NCBI GenBank assembly: GCA_965228475.1
Contig: OZ245817.1
Span: 3,520,001 to 3,584,000, forward strand
Origin: Myxococcota bacterium
GTDB lineage: Bacteria > Myxococcota_A > UBA9160 > JAFDDA01
Length of the DNA: 64,000 nt
Direction: 5' to 3'
Shown here: in pieces, positions 56,204 through 64,000 of the stretch
Position numbering within the stretch: the stretch's first letter is position 1
Layout of the letters: the number at the start of each line of letters is the position of its first letter
Notes under the pieces: model-generated
What the model was told of the DNA's origin: nothing
The model's database searches: none
Seen by the model: only the letters and a program-made list of their open reading frames with translations
Position numbers and translations under genes: made by a program

Positions 56204-57385
56204 CTAGAAGTTCTTCGGCAGGCCGAGCTTGCGGCGCGCGATGATGTTCTTCTGGATCTCGCTCGCGCCGCCGCCGATCGTGTCGATCACCGAGTAGCGG
56301 TAGCTCATCTCCGGGCGGCCCCGGAGCGGCGCGTCCTCGGTGTAGACGCGAAGCTGCGCGCCGGCACCGGGCAGGTCCACCATGGCGTCCGCCACGCGCT
56401 GGGAAAGCTGGGTCGCGAAGAGCTTGTACTGGCTCGCCTGGTTCGTCGGCGGCTTCTTGCCGACCTGCCCCGCCGCGTGGACGAAGACGAGGCCGAGCAC
56501 GCGGGCCACCTCGCCCTCCGTCGCGAGCCGCGCGATTCGCGAGCGCACGTGGGGGTCGTCCTTCAGCGGCACGCCGTCGCGCGTCGCCGTCTTCACGTAC
56601 TCGACGAGCTCTTCCATGCGCTGCTCGGTCGGCGAGTAGGTGAACATGGTGAAGCGCTCGAGATCGAGGGCCTCACTGATGTAGCGGAAGCCCATGCCGG
56701 GCTCCCCGACGAGGTAGTCGTCGGGCACGAACACGTCGTTGAAGAAGACCTCGTTCGTGAGCTCGTCGCCGATCGTCGGGAGGCCGCGCACCTCGAGCCC
56801 TTCGTGGTCCATCGGGATCAGGAACAGGCTGATGCCGTCGTGCTTCTTCGTCTGATCGGTGCGCGCACCGACCCAGTACCAGTCCGCGAAGTGCGCGCTC
56901 GTGGTCCAGGTCTTCTGCCCGTTCAGCCGCCAGCCGCCTTCGACCTTCTCGGCCTTGAGCTGCATGTTCGCCGCGTCCGAGCCCGCGTTCGGCTCGCTGT
57001 ACCCGACGGCGAACTCGATCTCGGCGTTGATGATCTGGGGCAGGAACTCCTGCTTCAGCTTCTCGCTGCCGTGGCGGATCAGCGTCTTCCCGATGATGCC
57101 GACGCCCTTGCCGATCTGCGGCGCGCCGCGCCGCGCGAGCGCCTCGTTCAGGATGTACTCGTAGACGCCGGGCATCTCCTTTCCGCCGTACTCCTTGGGC
57201 CAGGTCATGCCGAGCCAGCCCCGCTCCGAGAGCTTCTTCATGAAGCCGCGCCGCTCCGGCGTGTCGACGATCTGGGCCATGTTCTCGCGGCAGACGTCGG
57301 CGACGTCCGGCGTCGCGTGCTCGTCGAGAAAGGCCTCGACCTCGCGGGCGAAGGTCTGCTCGGCGGGGGAGAACTCGAAATCCAC
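56204..57385 (-). CDS. Acyl-CoA dehydrogenase (alpha-type)
   Basis: GYSEPNAGSD, GQKTWT, ALDLER, TIGGGASEIQ; AGGAGG RBS. Confidence 0.93.
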   Translation of the reverse strand: MDFEFSPAEQTFAREVEAFLDEHATPDVADVCRENMAQIVDTPERRGFMKKLSERGWLGMTWPKEYGGKEMPGVYEYILNEALARRGAPQIGKGVGIIGKTLIRHGSEKLKQEFLPQIINAEIEFAVGYSEPNAGSDAANMQLKAEKVEGGWRLNGQKTWTTSAHFADWYWVGARTDQTKKHDGISLFLIPMDHEGLEVRGLPTIGDELTNEVFFNDVFVPDDYLVGEPGMGFRYISEALDLERFTMFTYSPTEQRMEELVEYVKTATRDGVPLKDDPHVRSRIARLATEGEVARVLGLVFVHAAGQVGKKPPTNQASQYKLFATQLSQRVADAMVDLPGAGAQLRVYTEDAPLRGRPEMSYRYSVIDTIGGGASEIQKNIIARRKLGLPKNF

Positions 57386-57411
57386 GGGGAACCTCCTGGG
57401 TCGGAGGTTAG

Positions 57412-57431
57412 TATACGATACGTCGCGTATA
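57412..57431. promoter_or_regulatory. Putative TetR operator upstream of the ACAD/CoA-transferase/MaoC operon
   Basis: TATACG ATACG TCG CGTAT A in an AT-rich intergenic region. Confidence 0.75.
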
Positions 57432-57496
57432 GAAACTCGTTAGATCGAATTCATTATATCAATCAGCTATTTAGGGATCCGCTGAAGGCCGGGAAC

Positions 57497-58681
57497 TCAG
57501 AAGTTCTTCGGCAGCCCCAGCCCACGGCGGGCGATGATGTTCTTCTGGATCTCGCTCGCGCCGCCGCCGATCGTGTCGACCACGGTGTAGCGGTAGGAGC
57601 GTTCGAAGCGGCCGTCGAGGGGGGCGCCCTCGGCTTCGGGCTTGAGCTGGGCGGCGGGGCCGAGCACGTCGAGGGCGGCGTTCGCCACGCGCTGGCCGGT
57701 TTCGTTCATGAAGAGCTTGTACTGGGAGCTCTCGACGGTCGGGACGCCGCCCTTCAGCGCGCTCGCGATGACGCGCCGCTGGAGCATGCGCGAGACCTCG
57801 AGCTCGGTGACGGCGTGGGCGACGGCGCGGCGGGCCGAGGGATCTTCGCGCAGCGGCCGGCCGTCCTGCTCGGCCTGCGCGACGTGCTCGCAGAAGGCCT
57901 CGACCTTCTTCTCGAGCGGCCCGACGGGCATCATCGCGAAGCGCTCGAGATCGAGCGCTTCGCAGATATACGTCCAGCCCTCGTTCAGCTCGCCGACGAT
58001 GAAGTCGTCCTCGACGAAGACGTCGTTGAAGAACACGTCGTTCGTGCGCTCGTCGCCGATGGTCCAGGTGGGGTGGATCTCGAGGCCCGGGTCGTCCATG
58101 CGCACGAGGAAGAGCGTGATGCCGGCGTGCTTCGCAGCGTTCGGATCCGTCCGCGCGCCGACCCAGTACCAATCGGCGAAGTGGGCGCTCGTGGTCCAGA
58201 CCTTCTGCCCGGAGAGCACCCAACCGCCGCGGGCTTCGTCGCGCGTGGCGCGCAGCTGCATGTTCGCGGCGTCGCTGCCCGCCTGGGGCTCGCTGTAGCC
58301 GATCGCGAACTCGATCTCGCCGCGGATGATCTGCGGTAGGAAGAGCCGCTTCATCTTCTCGCTGCCGTGGCGGATGATGGTCTTCCCGACGATGCCGACG
58401 CCCTTGCCGGGCTGGGGCGCCCCGAAGCGCGAGAGCGCCTCGGTCAGCAGGAAGTCGTAGATCCCCGAAAGCTCCTTCCCGCCGTACTCCGCGGGCCAGG
58501 ACATGCCGAGCCAGCCGCGCTCGGCGATCTTGCGCATGAGCGCGCGCTTGGCCGGGGTCTCGACGGTCTGGGAGAGCTGCTCGGGGTTCGGGTCCATGGC
58601 CTCGGGGGAGGCGTGCTCGGTGAGGAACGCCTCGACCTCCCGGCGGAAGGCCTCTTCTTCGGGCGAGAAGTCGAAGTCCAT
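57497..58681 (-). CDS. Acyl-CoA dehydrogenase (close paralog of 56204..57385)
   Basis: GYSEPQAGSD, GQKVWT, ALDLER, TIGGGASEIQKNIIARR.LGLPKNF. Confidence 0.93.
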   Translation of the reverse strand: MDFDFSPEEEAFRREVEAFLTEHASPEAMDPNPEQLSQTVETPAKRALMRKIAERGWLGMSWPAEYGGKELSGIYDFLLTEALSRFGAPQPGKGVGIVGKTIIRHGSEKMKRLFLPQIIRGEIEFAIGYSEPQAGSDAANMQLRATRDEARGGWVLSGQKVWTTSAHFADWYWVGARTDPNAAKHAGITLFLVRMDDPGLEIHPTWTIGDERTNDVFFNDVFVEDDFIVGELNEGWTYICEALDLERFAMMPVGPLEKKVEAFCEHVAQAEQDGRPLREDPSARRAVAHAVTELEVSRMLQRRVIASALKGGVPTVESSQYKLFMNETGQRVANAALDVLGPAAQLKPEAEGAPLDGRFERSYRYTVVDTIGGGASEIQKNIIARRGLGLPKNF

Positions 58682-58739
58682 GGCTCTCGATCCTATCTTG
58701 TCCGCCCGGAGGTGTCCCGCTCGCCTCCCGGAGGGACAC

Positions 58740-59987
58740 GTGCAGACGGACGAAGTACGGAACGCCGACCGCGGCCGGTGGGGGAAGCCGCTCGCCGGCG
58801 TGCGCGTGCTGGCCGTCGAGCAGATGCAGGCCCTGCCCTACGCGACGCAGCTCCTTTCCCATCTCGGAGCGGAGGTGGTGAAGGTCGAGCCGCCGGGCCG
58901 CGGGGAATCCGGGCGCGGCGCGCGGCCGACCCTCCAGGACCACGACGGCCGCACCGTCGGCGCGACCTTCCTGCGTAACAACCTCGGCAAGCGCAGCATC
59001 ACCCTCGACCTGAAGAGCGAGGACGGCCGGGCGATCTTCTGCGACCTCGTTCCGCGCTTCGACGTCGTCGCCGAGAACTTCAAGCCGGGCGCCATGGAGC
59101 GGATGGGCCTCGGCTACGAAGCGCTTGCCGCCCTCCACCCGCCCCTGCTCTACGTCTCGCTCTCGGGCTTCGGGCAGCTCGAGGACTCGCCCTACGCGAG
59201 CTGGCCGGCCTACGCGCCGATCGTCGAGGCCATGGCCGGCATCTACGAGCCGAACCGCAAGGAAGGACAGCCGCCGCCCGTCGTCGTCGCCGGCGCGCTC
59301 GGCGACAACGCGAGCGCGCTGTTCACGGTGATCGGGATCCTCGCCGCGCTCCGTCACCGCGACCGTACGGGTCAGGGCCAGCACGTCGACGTCGCCATGT
59401 ACGACGCGACGCTCGCGATGGCCGACATGGTCCCCCAGCTCTGGTCCATGGGCGCCCCGAAGGAGTGGGCCGCCGCGGGGTCGACGGCCATCGTCGCGGC
59501 CTTCCGCGCGCGCGACGGCTACTTCGTCGTGTCCGTCTTCCGGGAGCACCACTTCGAGCGCCTCGCCGCGCGCGTCGGCCACCCGGAGTGGACGAGCGAC
59601 CCGCGCTTCGCCACCCGCGAGGGCTGGGCCGAACAGACCGAACCCACGGTCCGGCCCGCCGTCGAGGCCTGGGCCCGGGACAAGACACGTCTCGAGGCCT
59701 GCCGCATCCTCGCCGAAGACGGCATTGCGGCCGGCCCGAGCCAGCTCGCCGAGGACATCCACGCGGACCCCCACGTCGCCGCGCGCAACATGCTCGTCGA
59801 AGTCCCGCGCAGCGATGCGCCGGACCCGATGCTCGTGGTCGGGAACCCGGTCAAGATGTCGCGCCTCTCGGACGGGCCGATCTCGCGCTACCCGGGCCTC
59901 GGCGAACACACGGAGGCCGTCCTCGAAGAGGAGCTCGGCCTGACGCCGGAGGCCCTCGGGAAGCTCCGGGAGCGCGGGGTGATCTAG
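58740..59987 (+). CDS. CaiB/BaiF family III CoA-transferase
   Basis: PLAGVRVL, GAEVVKVEPP, NLGKRSITLDLK, ENFKPG, PGLGEHT. Confidence 0.93.
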   Translation: MQTDEVRNADRGRWGKPLAGVRVLAVEQMQALPYATQLLSHLGAEVVKVEPPGRGESGRGARPTLQDHDGRTVGATFLRNNLGKRSITLDLKSEDGRAIFCDLVPRFDVVAENFKPGAMERMGLGYEALAALHPPLLYVSLSGFGQLEDSPYASWPAYAPIVEAMAGIYEPNRKEGQPPPVVVAGALGDNASALFTVIGILAALRHRDRTGQGQHVDVAMYDATLAMADMVPQLWSMGAPKEWAAAGSTAIVAAFRARDGYFVVSVFREHHFERLAARVGHPEWTSDPRFATREGWAEQTEPTVRPAVEAWARDKTRLEACRILAEDGIAAGPSQLAEDIHADPHVAARNMLVEVPRSDAPDPMLVVGNPVKMSRLSDGPISRYPGLGEHTEAVLEEELGLTPEALGKLRERGVI

Positions 59988-60039
59988 GGCCGCGCTCGGG
60001 TGATCCAGAGCCGCGCCGGGGTGATCTCCGGCCGCGGGC
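59977..60039 (+). repeat. Three imperfect 21-bp tandem repeats upstream of fae
   Basis: GGGTGATCTAGGGCCGCGCTC / GGGTGATCCAGAGCCGCGCCG / GGGTGATCTCCGGCCGCGGGC. Confidence 0.7.
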
Positions 60040-60080
60040 CGAGTTATCTTGGAAGCGTCGTTCCAACGGGAGATCCGACC

Positions 60081-60602
60081 ATGGCAGGCATCGCACGGCC
60101 CGAGATGGTGATTGGCGAAGCGTTCGTCGGCGAGGGGGCCTCGGCCGCCCACGTGAACGTGGTGCTCGGCAAGCGGGAAGGCGCCGTCGGCACGGCCTGG
60201 GCCAACGCCATCGCGAGCCCCTCTGCCGGCCATGCGCCCTTCATGGCCGTGCTCCAGCCCGGCCTCCCCGTGAAGCCCCTCACCCTGTTCGTGAACAAGG
60301 CCACGATCGACGGCGAACGCCACGGCAAGCTGACCTATGGCGCGGCCCAGGCGGGCGTGGCCGGCGGCGTCGCCGACGCCGTGGCCGAAGGGACGGTCTC
60401 GCGCGACGAGGTCGACGGCCTCCTGATCATCGCCGCAATCTGGGTGAACCCGGCCGCCGAGGACGAGCAGGCCGTCTACCGCAACAACCGCGACGCCATG
60501 CGCGCGGCCCTGAACGCGGCGGTCCAGCAGATCCCGAAGGTCGACGAGATCCTCGACGCCCGCGACGTCCCGGAGAACCCCTACTTCAAGCCCTCCCGGT
60601 AG
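60081..60602 (+). CDS. fae: Formaldehyde-activating enzyme (Fae) family protein
   Basis: IGEAFVGEG..AAH, GHAPF, KP.TLFVNKA, GAAQAGVA.GVADAV, IWVNP, YRNN. Confidence 0.87.
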   Translation: MAGIARPEMVIGEAFVGEGASAAHVNVVLGKREGAVGTAWANAIASPSAGHAPFMAVLQPGLPVKPLTLFVNKATIDGERHGKLTYGAAQAGVAGGVADAVAEGTVSRDEVDGLLIIAAIWVNPAAEDEQAVYRNNRDAMRAALNAAVQQIPKVDEILDARDVPENPYFKPSR

Positions 60603-60648
60603 CGCGGGGCGCCCCCCGAGCCAGCCGACGCGAGCCAGCGCGAGGCGC

Positions 60649-62085
60649 ATGACTCCCGAGCACCAGCCCGAAGACCTCCTCACCCCGCGCCAGCTCGAAG
60701 TCCTCGAGCTCGTCTCGAAGGGGCTCACCAACCGCGAGATCGCGGACGTGCTCGGCATCGCCATGGGAACCGCGAAGGCCCACGTCGCCGCCGTGCTCGG
60801 CGCCCTCGAGGTCTCGAACCGGACCGAGGCGATCGGCCTGCTGCGCGACAGCGAGGCCGGCGGGCGCGGCGCGGAAGAGCCCCGCCACGGCTTCCTCGAG
60901 CGCCCCGCCCTCGCCGTCCTCCCCTTCGACTGCATGGGAAACGAAGACGACACGCCGATCGCAGACGGCCTCGTCGAAGACCTCACGACGGCGCTCTCGG
61001 CCTGGCGCTGGTTCCCGGTGATCTCGCGCAACTCGACCTTCACCTTCAAGGGCACCGGCGTCGACGTGCGCAAGGTGAGCCGGGAGCTCGGCGCGCGCTA
61101 CGTCCTCGAGGGCAGCCTGCGCCGCGAGGGCAACCGCCTGCGCGTGAACGTGAAGCTCCTCGACGGCCCGAGCGGGCACCACCACTGGGCCGGGCGCTAC
61201 GACCGCACCTTCGACGACCTGTTCGCCGTGCTCGACGAGATGGTCGGCGACATCGTGCGCGTGCTCGAGCCCGCGCTCTCCCAGGTCGAACGCCTGCGCG
61301 CCCTGCGCAAGCCGCCCGAGAACCTCACGGCTTGGGAGATCTTCCAGCGCGGCCTCCACGTCCTGTGGCGCCAGAAGGTCGAGGACCCGCGCGTGGCCGG
61401 CGCGCTGTTCCGGCAGGCGCTCGAGGCGGCGCCCGAGAACTCCGCCGCCTGGGCCGCGCTCGGGATGAGCCAGCTCATGTGGGCGATCTGGGGAGAAGGC
61501 GCGAACCCCTTCGAGGAGCTCGCCGCGGCCGAGAAGTCCGGCGCGCGGGGCGTCGCCTGCGATCCGATGGACGCGACGGCGCACCTGACCCTCGGCGCGG
61601 CCCTCGGCATCCAGCGTCGGCTCGAGGAAGCCGCCGTCCCGACCCAGCAGGCCGTCGACCTGAACCCGAGCTACGCCCTGGCCCGCTTCGCGCGCGGGAT
61701 CGGACACCTCCAGCCGGGCTACGAGCACGAGGGCATCGAGCAGCTCGAGATGGCGATCCGCCTCTCGCCCCTCGATCCGATGCGGCACCACTTCCACGGC
61801 GTCCTGGCGGCGGCGCACCTCTGGGTCGGCGAGCACGAGCGCGCACTCGAGCACGCGCGGACGAGCATGGCCGCGCAGCCGAGCGAGGCGCTCTCCTACG
61901 CGCCGACCCTCGCCTCCGCCCTCGGCTATCTCGGCCAGCTCGAGGAGGCACGCGCGGTGCGCGACGAGATCCTCGCGGCGGCGCCGGACTTCAGCCTCGC
62001 CGCCTCGCGCTTCCTCGCGGCGGACGGCCTGGTCGACGCGGTCGGCGAGGGGCTGCGCCGGTTCGGCTGGGAGGTACCGGGCTGA
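60649..62085 (+). CDS. LuxR-type HTH + TolB-like + TPR regulator
   Basis: LTPRQLEVL..GLTNREIA..KAHV (N-terminal LuxR HTH); LAVLPF, ADGLVEDL, VISRNSTF, YVLEGS; TPR-like helices. Confidence 0.9.
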   Translation: MTPEHQPEDLLTPRQLEVLELVSKGLTNREIADVLGIAMGTAKAHVAAVLGALEVSNRTEAIGLLRDSEAGGRGAEEPRHGFLERPALAVLPFDCMGNEDDTPIADGLVEDLTTALSAWRWFPVISRNSTFTFKGTGVDVRKVSRELGARYVLEGSLRREGNRLRVNVKLLDGPSGHHHWAGRYDRTFDDLFAVLDEMVGDIVRVLEPALSQVERLRALRKPPENLTAWEIFQRGLHVLWRQKVEDPRVAGALFRQALEAAPENSAAWAALGMSQLMWAIWGEGANPFEELAAAEKSGARGVACDPMDATAHLTLGAALGIQRRLEEAAVPTQQAVDLNPSYALARFARGIGHLQPGYEHEGIEQLEMAIRLSPLDPMRHHFHGVLAAAHLWVGEHERALEHARTSMAAQPSEALSYAPTLASALGYLGQLEEARAVRDEILAAAPDFSLAASRFLAADGLVDAVGEGLRRFGWEVPG

Positions 62086-62867
62086 TGCGCGATCCGCGGG
62101 AGGCTTACGACCTCGCCGGAAGCACCGCGGTCGTGACGGGCGCGGCCAGCGCCATGGGCGTCGCCACGGCGCGCATGCTCGCGGCGGTGGGCGCGCGCGT
62201 CGTGCTGGGCGACCGGGACGAGGCGCGGCTCGCCGAGGCGGCGGAGGACGTGCCCGGTGCGGTCGCCCGGGCGTGCGACGTGGTCGACTCGGCTTCGGTG
62301 GAGGCGCTCTTCGACGCTGCGGGCGAGCGGGTCGACGTCGTCGTGAACGTGGCCGGCGTGATCGGCCAGGGCGAGGTCGCAGAGACGAGCGACGCGGAGC
62401 TCGCGCGCGTGCTCGACGTGAACGCCAGGGGCACCTTCCTCTGCTGCCGCGCGGCGGTGCAGCGGATGATCCCGCGCGGCGCCGGAACCCTCGTGAACGT
62501 GGCCTCGAGCGGCGCGTACGGAGCCCTGCCCGGCCTCGCGACCTACGGCATGTCGAAGGCCGCGGTCGTCTCGCTCACGCGCTCGCTCGCCGCGGAGGTC
62601 GGACGCCACGGCATCCGCGTGAACGCCGTCGCGCCGGGCTACGTCGAGGGCGGCATGAGCACGATCCGCGCCCGGCGGCCCGACGGCAGCCTCGACGAAG
62701 CGGCGATGGAAGCGATCCGCGGCCAGACCCGGCGCCGCGTCCCGCTCGGCCGGCTCTCGGAGCCCGAAGACGTGGCCCAGGCCATCCTCTACCTCGCCAC
62801 GGACGCCTCGCGCACGACGACCGGCCAGGTACTTCACCCGAACGGCGGGAGGCCGATGGTGTCCTAG
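62085..62867 (+). CDS. Short-chain dehydrogenase/reductase
   Basis: TGAASAMG, NVAG, YGMSK, VNAVAPG; TGATG overlap with the upstream gene. Confidence 0.92.
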   Translation: MRDPREAYDLAGSTAVVTGAASAMGVATARMLAAVGARVVLGDRDEARLAEAAEDVPGAVARACDVVDSASVEALFDAAGERVDVVVNVAGVIGQGEVAETSDAELARVLDVNARGTFLCCRAAVQRMIPRGAGTLVNVASSGAYGALPGLATYGMSKAAVVSLTRSLAAEVGRHGIRVNAVAPGYVEGGMSTIRARRPDGSLDEAAMEAIRGQTRRRVPLGRLSEPEDVAQAILYLATDASRTTTGQVLHPNGGRPMVS

Positions 62868-62907
62868 GGAGCCCGACGGCGCCCCGGGGAGTGTTAGGGT
62901 CTTCGCC

Positions 62908-64000
62908 ATGAGCTGGAAGCCCGAGAGCGACGAGATCGAACGGCGGCGCCAGGCCGCCCTCGAACACGGCGGTGCGGAAGCCGTCGCCAAGCAGCACGGG
63001 CGCGGCCGGCTCGCCGCGCGCGAACGCATCGCCGCCCTGCTCGACGAAGGCAGCTTCCGCGAACAGGGCCAGATCGCCGGTCAGGCCGACGAAGCGGGCC
63101 GCTTCACGCCGGCGAACGTCGTGCTCGGCAGCGGGCGCATCGGCGACCGGCCCGTCGTGGTCTGCGCCGACGACTTCACGATCCGCGGCGCCGCCTACTC
63201 GGCCGTCGGCCTGAAGAAGGGCCTCTACGCCGACGAACTCGCGATCCGCCGCCGGCTGCCGCTGGTCCGCCTGCTCGAAGGCGGGGGCGCCTCGGTGGCC
63301 GGAACGTCCGGGCAGAAGGGCCGCTCGGGCTACGACATGACGGCGCCGCCCGCCCTGAACCTGCTCGCGCTCGAAGCCATGGCGACGGTCCCGGTCGTGT
63401 GCGCCGCCCTCGGGCCGGTCGCGGGCTTCCCGGCGGCGCGGCTCGTCGCATCGCACTGTTCGATCATGACCCGCGAGACCGCGCAGATCCTGACCGGCGG
63501 CCCGGCGCTCGTCGAGCGCGCCCTCGGGGAGAACCTCAGCAAAGAAGAACTCGGCGGCGCGGCCGTCCACCTGGCGAGCGGCGTCGCCGACCGCGTGGCC
63601 GAGGACGAAGAGGACGTCTGGCGCCAGATCCAGGCGTTCCTGGGCTACCTGCCGAGCAGCGTCTTCGAAGCTCCGCCCGTCGCGGCCTGCGACGACCCGG
63701 CCGGGCGGGCCGAGGAGGAGCTCCTCTCGATCGTCCCGCGCAACCGGCGGCGCGCGTACAAGATGCGGCGGCTGCTCGAGCTCGTGGTCGACGCGGGCTC
63801 CCTCTTCGAGCTGCAGACGGGCTACGGCCGCAGCCAGATCACCGCGCTCGCGCGCCTCGACGGACACCCGGTCGGCATCCTCGCCAACGATTGCCACCGC
63901 GAGGGCGGCGCCATGACCGCCGACGGCGCCCGCAAGGTCCGCCGCTTCGCCGAGCTGTGCGACGCCTTCCACGTGCCCGTGGTCTCCTTCGTCGACGAGC
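62908..64000 (+). CDS. Acyl-CoA carboxylase carboxyltransferase subunit; runs off the window
   Basis: Translated from ATG 62908: GG.EAVAKQHGRGRL.ARERIAALLDEGSF, DFTIRG, GGP.LVERA.GE, EELGG, PRNRRRAY, GILAND. Confidence 0.92.
   Translation, partial: MSWKPESDEIERRRQAALEHGGAEAVAKQHGRGRLAARERIAALLDEGSFREQGQIAGQADEAGRFTPANVVLGSGRIGDRPVVVCADDFTIRGAAYSAVGLKKGLYADELAIRRRLPLVRLLEGGGASVAGTSGQKGRSGYDMTAPPALNLLALEAMATVPVVCAALGPVAGFPAARLVASHCSIMTRETAQILTGGPALVERALGENLSKEELGGAAVHLASGVADRVAEDEEDVWRQIQAFLGYLPSSVFEAPPVAACDDPAGRAEEELLSIVPRNRRRAYKMRRLLELVVDAGSLFELQTGYGRSQITALARLDGHPVGILANDCHREGGAMTADGARKVRRFAELCDAFHVPVVSFVDE

Overview
Gene-dense, very GC-rich bacterial chromosomal window from a diderm (PEP-CTERM-type tails, an MCE transporter and lipoproteins); the lineage cannot be fixed from the sequence alone. 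It holds about 58 protein-coding genes. I found no recognisable rRNA, tRNA, CRISPR array, integrase or transposase. Much of the window is lipid/steroid-type catabolism: ipdF-fadE30<>fadD3-like genes, a KstD-like flavoprotein, a P450, LLM oxidoreductases, SDRs, acyl-CoA dehydrogenases, MaoC hydratases and CoA-transferases. Three of its promoter regions carry a shared ATACG-N3-CGTAT operator, probably bound by the TetR at 23.4-24.0 kb. The most striking signal is a ~13.7 kb module (36.66-50.37 kb) in which all four transcription units start 17-28 nt downstream of the same bipartite motif, TTGCGGG-N17-GCGTTT. The module encodes an ECF43-like (TIGR02999-type) sigma factor, a soluble Ser/Thr kinase fused to a degenerate cyclase, a STAND-type ATPase and TPRs, a four-domain MCE transporter with split PqiA, an RND pump, a K+ channel and a secreted protein. 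This looks like a self-contained, kinase-activated envelope regulon. Other oddities are a TPR lipoprotein with an ~18x13-aa helical stalk, divergent CHAD-CYTH and SixA-Ppx fusions, two apparent CTG start codons and an orphan fae. All family assignments come from motif recognition by eye; no database searches were run.
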